Shown: piece after piece, positions 42,566-52,573 of the stretch | How positions within the stretch are numbered: position 1 is the stretch's first letter | How the letters are laid out: each line of letters opens with the position of its first letter | DNA from: Corallochytrium limacisporum Hawaii | Lineage: Eukaryota; Protista; Pluriformea | Reading direction: 5' to 3' | NCBI GenBank assembly: GCA_002811645.1 | Contig: PDIP01000260.1 | Span: 1-64,000, forward strand | Length of the DNA stretch: 64,000 bases | Made by a program: the position numbers and the translations under genes | The notes under the pieces: model-generated | Told to the model about the DNA's origin: nothing | Seen by the model: only the letters and a program-made list of their open reading frames with translations | Databases searched by the model: none

Positions 42566-45415
42566 ATGAACGACAAAGGCAAGCGTCCTGCACAGGGAGG
42601 TTATGAGGACCAGGAAGTAATTGATCTTACAAGTACGGTAGAAAGCACACAGCGTTCGTACCCATCTTCACCAAAACCAAACGAATCACAGGTAATTATA
42701 ATAACTAGTGACTCAGACTCAGAGGACGAAGCTAGCCCACAGACCTGTACTCCCGCAGCCCGAGGGTACACGACTTCAGATTTGACGTCTTCAACGTCAA
42801 CGGAGAAGAAATACATTCCACGCATTTTATTGAGAGGCTCAGAGAAGATTTCAGAACCTGTAGGCACGAATAAGCGTCCACTGCTTTTGGGATCCTCGTC
42901 AGAAGACGACATGCCTTCTCAAAGTCGCAGCTCAGTGATAAAGAAGTGGAGGAATAGTAAAGAAAACCAGCATGAAGATACAAACTTTCCAGGCAGAAAG
43001 CTTGGGCAGAGAGTTCGGAAGGCTGGAGGACCTCTCCATCAACTTCAAACGGAACATGCAGAGCGGAACCACATTAGCATGTTCGAAGATGACGTCAGGG
43101 CAAAGAAAACGGTGACCACCGTGGTCAAGAATAGAAAGCAAACTGCAAAACCTAAACCTACGGAAGCGAGCTTTATCTTGCAAGACAAGCCAGAGAATCG
43201 GGCAAAACACCGCATTCTGCGATTTGATCCAAAGCATCACTGTACCATAAGCGAATGCTTTTTTGCTAGGGAACTGTTTTCAATCCTGAAGGACCAGAAC
43301 GACAAGAACAAACCGCACATGGCGTGGGCAAGTCCGCATGTCAAGGTGAGAATATCTGCTGGGGCACAAGTAAACCAGGATTTCCAATCACCTAGAAATC
43401 CCACCCAACCTATCGCCATGGACAAGAAATCCCCACTGGCACGCTACAGAGTAACGCGTGTTGGAACACCAAAAACGCAGGTGCCTCCTGTGCGGAGAGG
43501 GCCACCTCCATTTCGTGGTGCATCTGCAGCAGTATATGAGCAGCATTTGATTCCGGAAACCGATGCTGTGTTTTCAAAGGGGTCTTTGCAAAGGGCTGAA
43601 CTAGCGGCGCGTAGAGAATTTGACAGCAGATCGACTGGCGCAAGAGCATCAGGAGGACGAGGTCCCAGCAGTGCTCACCGGTTCATCTCTTCGTCCTCAA
43701 ATCTCGCCAATGCTCAAGATCGGCTGGAGAGCATCCAAATCCTACAGAAGACAATGCCGAAGGATATTAAGTTTGCTGTCCATAGACATCATTCACATTT
43801 GCTTGACTTTTTTGAAAACGAAATCGGTCACAATCGAAAGCCCACCATGTTGGCATACCGATCTGTAGTGGATGTTCTCTTCCACCCGGAAACTCATCCG
43901 GCCCTTGTGCAGAGAGCTTTCACATGTCTTGGGCAGGTGGCAGAGTACCACGCTGAGAGAGCAAACGATTTTGTCGACTGGACGGAAGACTCACGCCTTG
44001 AGACGTACAGGAACAGTATAGAGCAAGGTACGAGTCCAGCTAGTGGGGTTGATCGCGTGCACCGGCGGAAGTTTGGAAGCCTGGACAAACGGTTTGGTCG
44101 CTTGTGGTCTTGCATCCGTGGCCTTCGGTACTATGACAATGCATCGATGCCGCCCATTGTTCACATGCAGCAGTTTCTTGACCATGCCCTGACCATATGC
44201 TGTAGACAATACATTGCCGTGCTCAGTCAAGGAGGCAGCCCCCGCGAATGCCTCTGGGAAGCAGTTCTACGGGAAGGTCAGGAGGACAGAATCCACACCG
44301 ACGAGGTTCGATCTGGAGTGTCCTGCATCATCGACTTGTATAAGGACCTCATCGTAAGATCATGTGAGACAATAGCCAGGAAGTCAAATGCTGAAGATTC
44401 GGATGCACAGAATGAGGAACCTGAGGAATCCTCGATTGACCCAGAGAATCCAACTAGCACATGGCTTGACTACCATCAAAAGGACGATGACGATGTCTCT
44501 GAGCGCAGCTGTCGTCTCTATGCCAGAGCGTTCTGCCTTGCCTTCCATTGCATTGACAAGCGGCCGATAAGTTTATCTCGAGACCACTACGTCCAGGAGG
44601 ATTGGAGTCGATTTGGACGCGATCACATTCGCAGCGTCTACGAGCAGCACTTGTCCTATATTAGCGCTAGGCCAATCGAGGAGGGCAACCAGCGGTTTCG
44701 ATTTGGTCTGGCCCATCGCAAGTTTGTGGAGACCATTCCCTGTCCACATCTGCGTCTATTAATTTGTGACATGCGGCTCTCGTCACTGGCACACGCTTTG
44801 CCACCGTCGACTACGAGCAGTCGGCGCCAGAGCACCTCCTCTCATGAACCTGTGGCCACTTGGCTCGACCCGGAGATCATTATTTCAGAGCCCTCCTTTA
44901 CCAAGCTGTACAAATTGGTGCCTGCCCTCATCAACTACTTTGGTCGCGAGAGCCCGAATCAACTGCACGAAGTTGTTTGGCTAACGCACATCTGTCTGCG
45001 TGAGCTCTTTATGGGCATATGTACGCACGATGATCCGCTGGTGTCTATGTTTGACCAGGACGAAGAACATGTGATTTCCAAAAGCAAGTCACAGTACCCT
45101 GCCACGGATGTCAGTGGTCACAGTGAGCACTCAAACATTTTTACGCCAGTGAACTCACAGCAGTCTCACATAAGTGAATGCTGTGATAGGGCCCTGCCAA
45201 CACCTCGCCGTGACAGTGATATTCGTGAACTTCGGCGTATTGCAACGCGCACAGATCGCAAGTCCTTGTGCTGCTGGCGTGGTCTGCGGACCGCAGTCGA
45301 AGGGGCCTACGCAGTTTCAGGGACGGAGCCGTCCATAGACGAACGTATGAGCGAGGAACTGCTTGTCTTTTGCGAGGAGCTTATGCATTTCACCGTGGGT
45401 AGAAGCAATCTTTGA
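42566..45415 (+). CDS. Uncharacterised 949-aa protein with N-terminal SUMO-interacting motifs; SIMC1/Nse5-like candidate
   Basis: Long ORF; SIMs EVIDLT and VIIITSDSDSEDE; helical C-terminal half. CDS is well supported, family call is tentative. Confidence 0.6.
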   Translation: MNDKGKRPAQGGYEDQEVIDLTSTVESTQRSYPSSPKPNESQVIIITSDSDSEDEASPQTCTPAARGYTTSDLTSSTSTEKKYIPRILLRGSEKISEPVGTNKRPLLLGSSSEDDMPSQSRSSVIKKWRNSKENQHEDTNFPGRKLGQRVRKAGGPLHQLQTEHAERNHISMFEDDVRAKKTVTTVVKNRKQTAKPKPTEASFILQDKPENRAKHRILRFDPKHHCTISECFFARELFSILKDQNDKNKPHMAWASPHVKVRISAGAQVNQDFQSPRNPTQPIAMDKKSPLARYRVTRVGTPKTQVPPVRRGPPPFRGASAAVYEQHLIPETDAVFSKGSLQRAELAARREFDSRSTGARASGGRGPSSAHRFISSSSNLANAQDRLESIQILQKTMPKDIKFAVHRHHSHLLDFFENEIGHNRKPTMLAYRSVVDVLFHPETHPALVQRAFTCLGQVAEYHAERANDFVDWTEDSRLETYRNSIEQGTSPASGVDRVHRRKFGSLDKRFGRLWSCIRGLRYYDNASMPPIVHMQQFLDHALTICCRQYIAVLSQGGSPRECLWEAVLREGQEDRIHTDEVRSGVSCIIDLYKDLIVRSCETIARKSNAEDSDAQNEEPEESSIDPENPTSTWLDYHQKDDDDVSERSCRLYARAFCLAFHCIDKRPISLSRDHYVQEDWSRFGRDHIRSVYEQHLSYISARPIEEGNQRFRFGLAHRKFVETIPCPHLRLLICDMRLSSLAHALPPSTTSSRRQSTSSHEPVATWLDPEIIISEPSFTKLYKLVPALINYFGRESPNQLHEVVWLTHICLRELFMGICTHDDPLVSMFDQDEEHVISKSKSQYPATDVSGHSEHSNIFTPVNSQQSHISECCDRALPTPRRDSDIRELRRIATRTDRKSLCCWRGLRTAVEGAYAVSGTEPSIDERMSEELLVFCEELMHFTVGRSNL

Positions 45416-45449
45416 CTGCTTGTAGAAATATACTGACAAATCTAGGTGT

Positions 45450-47510
45450 TCAATTGATTGACAAGTCTTCGCTGGCCACACACTGCAATCGACCGTCAGG
45501 TTCCTGCTGCACGTAGAGGGCGCCCATAGCCTGCAGACCTGCTCTCAAGGCCATAAACCGTTTCATGCCATTTGGATCGTCCTCACGGGAACGGTAGTAC
45601 TGGTACCATTCTTGTGCAATACCGCGTAGGTCAGCCTGCTCGGTGTCCCCGTTCCCGCCGAGGGCAACCCATGCTACATCAGAAGTGATGCTTGCGGCTG
45701 AATTCCCGCCGTCCGCAGCGGTAAGCAAAGTTTCTACATCCACCACTAGTGCCCTCTTCTTTGTCTCCCCTGGACCATGGCTATCAATGGCCTGCGGCAG
45801 ATCCGCGAGGATTTGACGCATTCCCACGTCGTCACTAGCTGTGATACGGTTCCACAATCGGTGCATGATAAATTCATGGGCCGGCGAGGCCGTGTTCGAC
45901 AAATCTGCATCGTCATCGACTTCTTTTTGATAGCTTGTCGAGTGCAGCCAGAGAAGACGGTCACTAACGTCGGCATTGAACACCATCGAGGCCGGCGGGG
46001 TCACTTGCTTCATGCCGGCCGTGAACGGCAGGAACACACCATCAGTTCCAACAGCTACCATGTTTGGCGTGATTTGCATAATCTGGCTATTATACTGGAC
46101 TCGTTCGCCGCGCAGCAGGTGCCCCAAAAATGCCCATTTCGTCTGTGACAAAGTGGTCACTGGTTCACTATCGACATCCTTTGACTGATCCATCCAAGGG
46201 TAGGTGGCCCCCATCTTCTTTGGCTCCTGAATATCCAACCAGTCGTCACGATATACCCTGCCGCCGTATGCCAGATGTTCCGGGTTTGGTGTATAGAAGA
46301 CCGGGTAGTTCCAGATTGACAAAATTCTGAAACTTTGTTTGTCCAGTGCGTGAAAGATGATGCCAAACTCTTCTGGCTCATGTCCATTCTTCTCCTGACT
46401 GTTCCGTACTGCCATAAGGCTGCAGTAGAGATTCAGTGCCAGAGGCAGCCATTCCTTGTTCACGGGAATTACCACGACTTGGTTCCCGGCCTTCTCCTCA
46501 ATCTTCTTCTCCTTGCCATAGTAGTCCGTAGCATCGTAGGGCAAGGCTTCATAAAGCACCAATACCACATTTCTATTCCTCGGGTTAAACTCACCGTTGT
46601 CACTGAGTACCAGTGCAGTAGAGTCTGTCTTGCCACGCCGGTGAAACTCACCCTCCGCAAGTTTCTTGCTGTGATCGGTGAGCATGCGTTTTTTCGAAGC
46701 AAACGCCTTGCCGTGATTAAAGTGGAATGGAGCTAGAGTAGGTGTAAGGTCCACCGTTGTGACGCTGTCATCTCGCAAGAAATGCGCAACGAACCAATTG
46801 TCCCCGCGCACGCGGCCGATCAGCACCGGTGGCATGGTCAGTTGCTGAGCTGTCCGAGTGGTGAGCAGGTAGTAATCAATGCCATAGACTGAGTGGAGAT
46901 CGTCTGAAGTGTAATGCGTACCTCGATCTGTGAGGTCAAGCATGCGCTGGTAGACTCGGGATCCAATGGAAGACCACATCCTTGGATCTGCCTCAAAGTC
47001 ACGACGCTGGCCAACTGCGAGGAACTGATCAAACTCCGCAAGTAATTTTTCTGTTACAGTAACCACATCCTGTGGGAAGACAATGTCCGAATTGGTATAC
47101 ATTACCGCGGACGACTTGGAAAACGCGGCAACACCCTTGATAACGCAATCCCACCGGGGGGCTCCGATGGTGCCATCCGTACAAGGGACCGGCATGCACG
47201 CAAACCTGTTCGCGTAGGACGTTCCTACTCTCTGTTGCTGGTCTAAGGCAGGGATCAGCACCTCGTTCAGGTACGCACAGGTCGGCTGCGATCCGTACCC
47301 GAGGACAGCGACACGGTCTCCAAGTTCCAGCCACGAAGTCACCGCCGCAACAAGGGCGGTGTCCTGAGGACGCACGACTCTTAAATCATGATCTAGTGGA
47401 AAGGGCGCGACTTCCTTTAGAACGGAAGTTATCGTCAGGAGTGGGCCCTGTTTACCCCAGACGGCGCCCATGCAAAGACACCACAAAAAGGCCAGCCTCA
47501 GCAATGCCAT
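45450..47510 (-). CDS. Secretory glycosyltransferase-like protein (RAY1-like N domain + GT77/Nucleotid_trans-like domain)
   Basis: Signal peptide; YTNSDIVF, GIDYY, PPVLIGRVRGDNW, FHFNH; then VIPVNKEWLPLALNLYCSL..IFHALD, like the GT77 N-terminal region. Confidence 0.6.
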   Translation of the reverse strand: MALLRLAFLWCLCMGAVWGKQGPLLTITSVLKEVAPFPLDHDLRVVRPQDTALVAAVTSWLELGDRVAVLGYGSQPTCAYLNEVLIPALDQQQRVGTSYANRFACMPVPCTDGTIGAPRWDCVIKGVAAFSKSSAVMYTNSDIVFPQDVVTVTEKLLAEFDQFLAVGQRRDFEADPRMWSSIGSRVYQRMLDLTDRGTHYTSDDLHSVYGIDYYLLTTRTAQQLTMPPVLIGRVRGDNWFVAHFLRDDSVTTVDLTPTLAPFHFNHGKAFASKKRMLTDHSKKLAEGEFHRRGKTDSTALVLSDNGEFNPRNRNVVLVLYEALPYDATDYYGKEKKIEEKAGNQVVVIPVNKEWLPLALNLYCSLMAVRNSQEKNGHEPEEFGIIFHALDKQSFRILSIWNYPVFYTPNPEHLAYGGRVYRDDWLDIQEPKKMGATYPWMDQSKDVDSEPVTTLSQTKWAFLGHLLRGERVQYNSQIMQITPNMVAVGTDGVFLPFTAGMKQVTPPASMVFNADVSDRLLWLHSTSYQKEVDDDADLSNTASPAHEFIMHRLWNRITASDDVGMRQILADLPQAIDSHGPGETKKRALVVDVETLLTAADGGNSAASITSDVAWVALGGNGDTEQADLRGIAQEWYQYYRSREDDPNGMKRFMALRAGLQAMGALYVQQEPDGRLQCVASEDLSIN

Positions 47511-48134
47511 ATTGCCCTAATCTGGGTTTAGCTCTGTAGTGCTCCCTGTTCAAGATCACATCTTTACGTTCTCCTGTCCGTCTATGAAATTGCGTTCCTT
47601 TACAACAGATCACAGCCAAATGAGCGCGTCTTTATCCTTGTTGGGCCTAGGTTTGGAAATACCAACTGATGCCACGCCCGGCCGTACCAAGAGACGAGTG
47701 TCGGGCGGCAAGGTGCCAACGGTTTCTCTCACCCGCCCCCCCCCTTTCCGCGGGGACCTGCTATACAAAAAGACTCCCAAATTATGACGATTGGTGTCGC
47801 TTGTGCCCTCTCTGCGGCCCGATTACGCGGCTGGACCCTCCGTACTTGTCGTCGGCCAGCTGGTACGAGTGCTGCGCTGGTGATCGGACAATAGGGACCA
47901 TTCTGGACACCATGACATAGAGGGTAACCATCTTCCACCCGTTGTAGTGGCGAAGACTGGATGATTGTCATTGGCCGTCTCTTTTGTCAATATGTTTATG
48001 TTAGTCACACCAAATAGGTGGGAGTTTATTGTGAACGCTGAGCCTTCGCGATATTTCCATTGCTGCACAACTGCTATCCAAAGTTCAACCGCATCCGGAG
48101 GACTGCCTCAAAAGTAGACTCTGCTCGAAAGGCT

Positions 48135-50396
48135 CTAAGAATCTTCATCAGGCAATACCATATCAACGTAGTTTGGCATTTCTGGTCGTCGTACGAAGAG
48201 CATGTAGCCCTCGTAAGGGCCGTGCGGTGTAAAGTCGACAAGTAGTGTTGACATATTGTCTGCGGCATCACCGGCTTCCATGATAGCGTAGTCTAAAACT
48301 TTCAGGTCACTAACAGTCGCTGCCACGGTTACGTTTGGGAACATTTCCATCAGGCTCTTTCCATCAAAGTCAATCTGCATCGTATAGGTGGGGTTCAACT
48401 GGCCCAGGAAGCGGCGCTTGAGCTCGGCCTCGGGCACACCGTCGAAGAGTGACTCAAACTGGACTCGTTCGAAAGCTTCCAAAGCGCCCATGTAGCCCGC
48501 GTTGTGGACCTGGGACTGTGAACCGTAGGCCTCATTGATATAGTCGACAGATTTCAGTAAGGAGGGTAACATAACGTTGGCGACGTCAGGCGCTTTGAGC
48601 TTTCGGCCTTTGCCAAAGTAGCGGTTGTCAAAGTGATCCTTATCATCCTCAGCTGAGATCCATTCGATTCCTTGTTCCTTCCGCTTCTCCTCACTGAAGT
48701 TCTTATAGTTCATATCCACACCAATAATATAAATTTCGCTGTATCCCAGGAATCCGAGCACCTCGATACCTGCGGAGGCCACAGTACCCATTGTGCCTAC
48801 CATTGGCTGCCATTTGGCCTCTGGTCGATCATCGACGGGTTTGTCCAATTTGTGTTTGCCGGCAAACCAGAACCAATGTGTGTTGCCACCGGGAATAATG
48901 TCCGTCCAGTAGTAATAGTTTGGGTTCTTTAAGTACGGAAAAAAGGCGTCCCCTACGTACTGCCGGTACCAGTTAATGTCCGGTGACACGTCCGGGCATA
49001 CCCAAGAGTCAATGCACATGTAGTGCGATGGAGTCCAAGAGTAAAATCGTTCTTGCATAAGGTAGAAACGATTGAATACCAACGCATCCTCGCCATCCAA
49101 CATCCATAGCGGCAAATGGTTCAGTGATGGCGCGTTACCAATCAGAAACACTCGTTTGTCCTTCTTTGTGGCCTTGTGATCGTTCCACCACTGTGAATTC
49201 TTCATAGTATGCGGCTTCATCCCATGCTTGATGCGGCGCCGGTCCATATCACCCAGGGCAATATCGAAGAGTGTGAGAGAGAGGTTGGCGCGGCTCAACA
49301 TGGTTTTCAAGGCCTGTCGATGTTGAACCTTGGCAATGTTCGTGTGCTCAATCCAGGACAGTTCAGATTTGTATGCGGAATAGAGAGTTGTTGGGGCCAA
49401 AGCGGCAAGCACGGGCAGCTGTTGAAGGGAGCAGTGTGCCAGAAAGATAGGGTCGCCGGAATATTTCAAAGGTATGGATTGCTGGTCAAGGACTGGATCG
49501 TGGGTCTTGCGACCGATGGTCTGACCAAGTGACTGGCACGGGACCTGTAGCGCATTCTCGTCCAAGTCAATAATATGTTCAACTCCGAAGTCTGTGGCCA
49601 TCATGGGCATATTTCGGGCATCTAACCGACCGTCAACATTTGGCCGGCCTCTGCTACTGCTGACGATATTCGTGTGGAACCTTCCAGTAGCACTGGGGCC
49701 AAAGACAAAGATGTTCTCACTTCCCACCATGGTATGAACTGGTCGAAGACTAGGGCCAGTTGGGCTATACAGGACGGAACTGGGCGGCAAGTTCCGAAGC
49801 AGTTCCTGCAAGTTCCGAACTATGGGCCAAACTTTGACGGGCATGGAGACCAGGACTAAAGGCATAGTCAACGGCACTGCACTGACCCAACGCATGCTCT
49901 CCGTTAACCCTGACTGAGCCTCCTGTGGCGGTTCGTATAAGGAGCCTTCGAGGTAAGCTCCGAGAGAAACATCCCCGTATTGTTCGTTCTCGTGCGTCAA
50001 AGTGGCCCGTTCCAGTCCAGAGAGTTGGATATTGTCTGGTCGTTCGATTACAAAACTATAATAGCAAGCCCCTGGTTCTCTCCCACGAATGCGGGGAGCG
50101 CATGCAAGCTGTTTGAGCCAGGTTTGCCGAGCCACCTCGCGCCACCAAAAGTCACTGGGGCGGCTATAGATGACAAACAGCACAGGACTCTCTTTAGTTG
50201 GTGATAACAAAACATTCCCCTGAATCACCACCAAGATGATAAGCAGAATCACGGCCACTAGCAACGGCCGCAATTTGTTTGGAAAAGACACTAGCAACGG
50301 CCGTAGTTTGTTTGGAACAGCCACAAGCAACGGCCGTAATTTGTTTGGAAAAGCCACTAGCAACGGCCGTAATTTGGGTGGAAAACTTGCCCTCAT
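48135..50396 (-). CDS. Type II membrane protein: GT31-like stub + DUF115/Maf(MptE)-like transferase domain
   Basis: TM AVILLIILVVI; SRP..REVARQTW..HENEQYGD (GT31-like); RVFLIGNAPSL, LGYSEIYIIGVDMNY, DHFDNRYFGKG, NAG..GALEAFERV (DUF115-like). First ATG at 50396. Confidence 0.75.
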   Translation of the reverse strand: MRASFPPKLRPLLVAFPNKLRPLLVAVPNKLRPLLVSFPNKLRPLLVAVILLIILVVIQGNVLLSPTKESPVLFVIYSRPSDFWWREVARQTWLKQLACAPRIRGREPGACYYSFVIERPDNIQLSGLERATLTHENEQYGDVSLGAYLEGSLYEPPQEAQSGLTESMRWVSAVPLTMPLVLVSMPVKVWPIVRNLQELLRNLPPSSVLYSPTGPSLRPVHTMVGSENIFVFGPSATGRFHTNIVSSSRGRPNVDGRLDARNMPMMATDFGVEHIIDLDENALQVPCQSLGQTIGRKTHDPVLDQQSIPLKYSGDPIFLAHCSLQQLPVLAALAPTTLYSAYKSELSWIEHTNIAKVQHRQALKTMLSRANLSLTLFDIALGDMDRRRIKHGMKPHTMKNSQWWNDHKATKKDKRVFLIGNAPSLNHLPLWMLDGEDALVFNRFYLMQERFYSWTPSHYMCIDSWVCPDVSPDINWYRQYVGDAFFPYLKNPNYYYWTDIIPGGNTHWFWFAGKHKLDKPVDDRPEAKWQPMVGTMGTVASAGIEVLGFLGYSEIYIIGVDMNYKNFSEEKRKEQGIEWISAEDDKDHFDNRYFGKGRKLKAPDVANVMLPSLLKSVDYINEAYGSQSQVHNAGYMGALEAFERVQFESLFDGVPEAELKRRFLGQLNPTYTMQIDFDGKSLMEMFPNVTVAATVSDLKVLDYAIMEAGDAADNMSTLLVDFTPHGPYEGYMLFVRRPEMPNYVDMVLPDEDS
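50254..50385. repeat. 33-bp coding tandem repeat x4 (FPNKLRPLLVA)
   Basis: Four near-identical units of gccactagcaacggccgtaatttgtttggaaaa. Confidence 0.95.
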
Positions 50397-51062
50397 CTTT
50401 CCTACAGTCGTGCTCCTAGAAGTGTTTACAAACTTTAACGACCCGGGTAAACCAAGGACATACAAAACGACGCTTAGTTTTCACTCGGCATTTCAATGAA
50501 GCGAGATATGACCATCCAATTAAAGTTCTCAAAAAGTATCGAAATCTTGCGGGTTCATGGATTAACAAGCAAGTTTGATTCTGGACCATGTTCCAAATTC
50601 ATATGCACTGTGTCACTTTGTAATTAAAGTGTCCCACAAAAGTTTTGCTTCCAATACCTTACTTGCAAAAATTCTTTCGAACCCTATCGTGTCACATGCG
50701 TGGCGTAAAACCCACCGGATGCGCACAATCCTTTGCACCACTGGGAAGGGGAGCTGGCGGAGGACGGGGTCGACGAAAGCTTTCTGCGGCATATTCCCTG
50801 GGCACCCCAGCCGCACACGCATATGGCCTGGTGGCTTTTTTGGGAAGTTGCAGGAATTGACTTATGGGGGGCTAGAAACACGGGTATCGATCCATTTTGT
50901 TGAGGGGACACAGTGAACTGCCTGTCAATAACGGAGTCTCGTGCACCTGGTGGGTTTGTGCGAGTCAACAGTGGTATTTATCTGCTTATGTTCACCATAA
51001 TTAGCGTTCAAATGGTTCTGGTATACATAACGGGACTTGTGTGCACACTAAATCAGAACGAC

Positions 51063-51875
51063 ATGTCATGTGCACGGCTCCACCGTCACCGGTTGAGTTC
51101 AAGCCGGACGATCTTTGTTCAGTTCCGAGCATACGCAACAACTCCCGAGGAGTCAAAGTCCACAAAGTCAGAGGCGAAGAAACCTCACTGGTTTGAGAAG
51201 TATAGATATGTCGAGCCTGAGGACAAGAAACAAAAGCGCCTACAAGAACAAGCAGAGATCCATAAAGAGATCCGTAAGGGTTACTTTGCAGACTTTGGTG
51301 ATATCAATAAGCAGGGTGGTAAATTGTCAGTAACGAAAGACGCGACTTTAACTAAAGCAAATGACTCCGTGGCTCTCCCTGGTAGTGTACTGGTAAAGAA
51401 TCTGAATACAGGAACTGAGCTAAGCATTCCTGACCTGGCAAAGCAAACTTTGGAAAGCAAGTGGCAGCCATTACTGGTAGCCATTGTATTTCGAGACTTT
51501 GCCATGAAGCCATTGGCGCAGTGGAGACAAAAAATCAAGGAAAGCGGGCTAACAAGACACGCCCGGTATGTCGAAATCAGTTTGGTAGACAAGGCCGCAT
51601 ATCGACCTCTCCGGTGGTTGGTTGAGAAATCACTGAAGTCGAAACTTGGAGAAGACCGTAGCGAGACATTTTATGTGGGCTGGAAAGGAGCGCAGGAGGT
51701 TGCAAAAGCACTCGAATCCCATAATCAAATGATTCCATATATTTGTCTAGTGGATCGCGATGGTAGAATCAGATGGAAAGCCCATGCCATGCCTGAGGAT
51801 AGTGAGGTGATTGCGTTGCAGGGCGCAGTTCGAGATCTCATTCAGAGACAGAGCAAAGGACACAAATCTGTATAA
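51063..51875 (+). CDS. ATP10: Mitochondrial ATP synthase assembly factor ATP10
   Basis: Transit-peptide-like start; KGYFADF...GGKL; YICLVDRDGRIRWKAH. Confidence 0.85.
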   Translation: MSCARLHRHRLSSSRTIFVQFRAYATTPEESKSTKSEAKKPHWFEKYRYVEPEDKKQKRLQEQAEIHKEIRKGYFADFGDINKQGGKLSVTKDATLTKANDSVALPGSVLVKNLNTGTELSIPDLAKQTLESKWQPLLVAIVFRDFAMKPLAQWRQKIKESGLTRHARYVEISLVDKAAYRPLRWLVEKSLKSKLGEDRSETFYVGWKGAQEVAKALESHNQMIPYICLVDRDGRIRWKAHAMPEDSEVIALQGAVRDLIQRQSKGHKSV

Positions 51876-51944
51876 ATAGATAGAAATACGTGTGTATCAT
51901 ATAATTCACTGTGGTCTGAGTCTACAGATTGTATCGTTGACGTA

Positions 51945-52346
51945 CTATGCAGACTCAGCTGCCTGTCGTCCTTCTGTGTCACTGGACACCAATCCATGCG
52001 TGAGATCCTTCACATACGCAAAAAGTGAATACAATAATGGCAACTGTCTGCTTGTCGCTGTGTCCTCAACATTTACAGCCTCTACCAGGGCGTCGCGTTC
52101 TAGACGATCGTTGCCCATGCCCGACTCTGCCTTCATGATCATGTATGTGTTTTGGTAATTGTTGTACTGTAGGTACTCCATGATCAATTCATTGATGACA
52201 AAAGTTTCTTCCGGGATCATGGGAGGTTCTGGAGCCTCGTTATCTAGGCTAGCAAATAATTCTGCACGAACTCTAGACCGAATCTCAGCGGCCGTACCGC
52301 GAGATTCCAATGCATTGAGAAGGGCTTTCTTCAAATCACTCGACAT
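51945..52346 (-). CDS. CEP20: FOP-related centriolar satellite protein FOR20/FOPNL
   Basis: LKKALLNALESRG..IRSRVRAELF, LisH INELIMEYLQYNNY..MKAESG, LPLLYSL. Confidence 0.9.
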   Translation of the reverse strand: MSSDLKKALLNALESRGTAAEIRSRVRAELFASLDNEAPEPPMIPEETFVINELIMEYLQYNNYQNTYMIMKAESGMGNDRLERDALVEAVNVEDTATSRQLPLLYSLFAYVKDLTHGLVSSDTEGRQAAESA

Positions 52347-52573
52347 TCCAGTTCCGTTTACTACCGTTACCGTAATTTACGTGAATAACTGATAACTGGA
52401 TAAAGATTCTAACGAAACGGCGGCTCTTGTGTACGTGTGCTCTGCTTCGCTGGACCAACTAAGACGCGATCACCACCAGCCACAGGAGTGCACGGTTTCG
52501 GAGATCGGGTGAGGAGGGTTTTCGCGCGTTCCTGCTGCGAAGGTACCACCGGTACTACCCAGATTCCGCCTCA

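Noticed and set aside
50254-50385. 33-bp repeats as a CRISPR array
   Set aside because: Head-to-tail with no spacers, in frame within a CDS, eukaryotic context, no cas genes.
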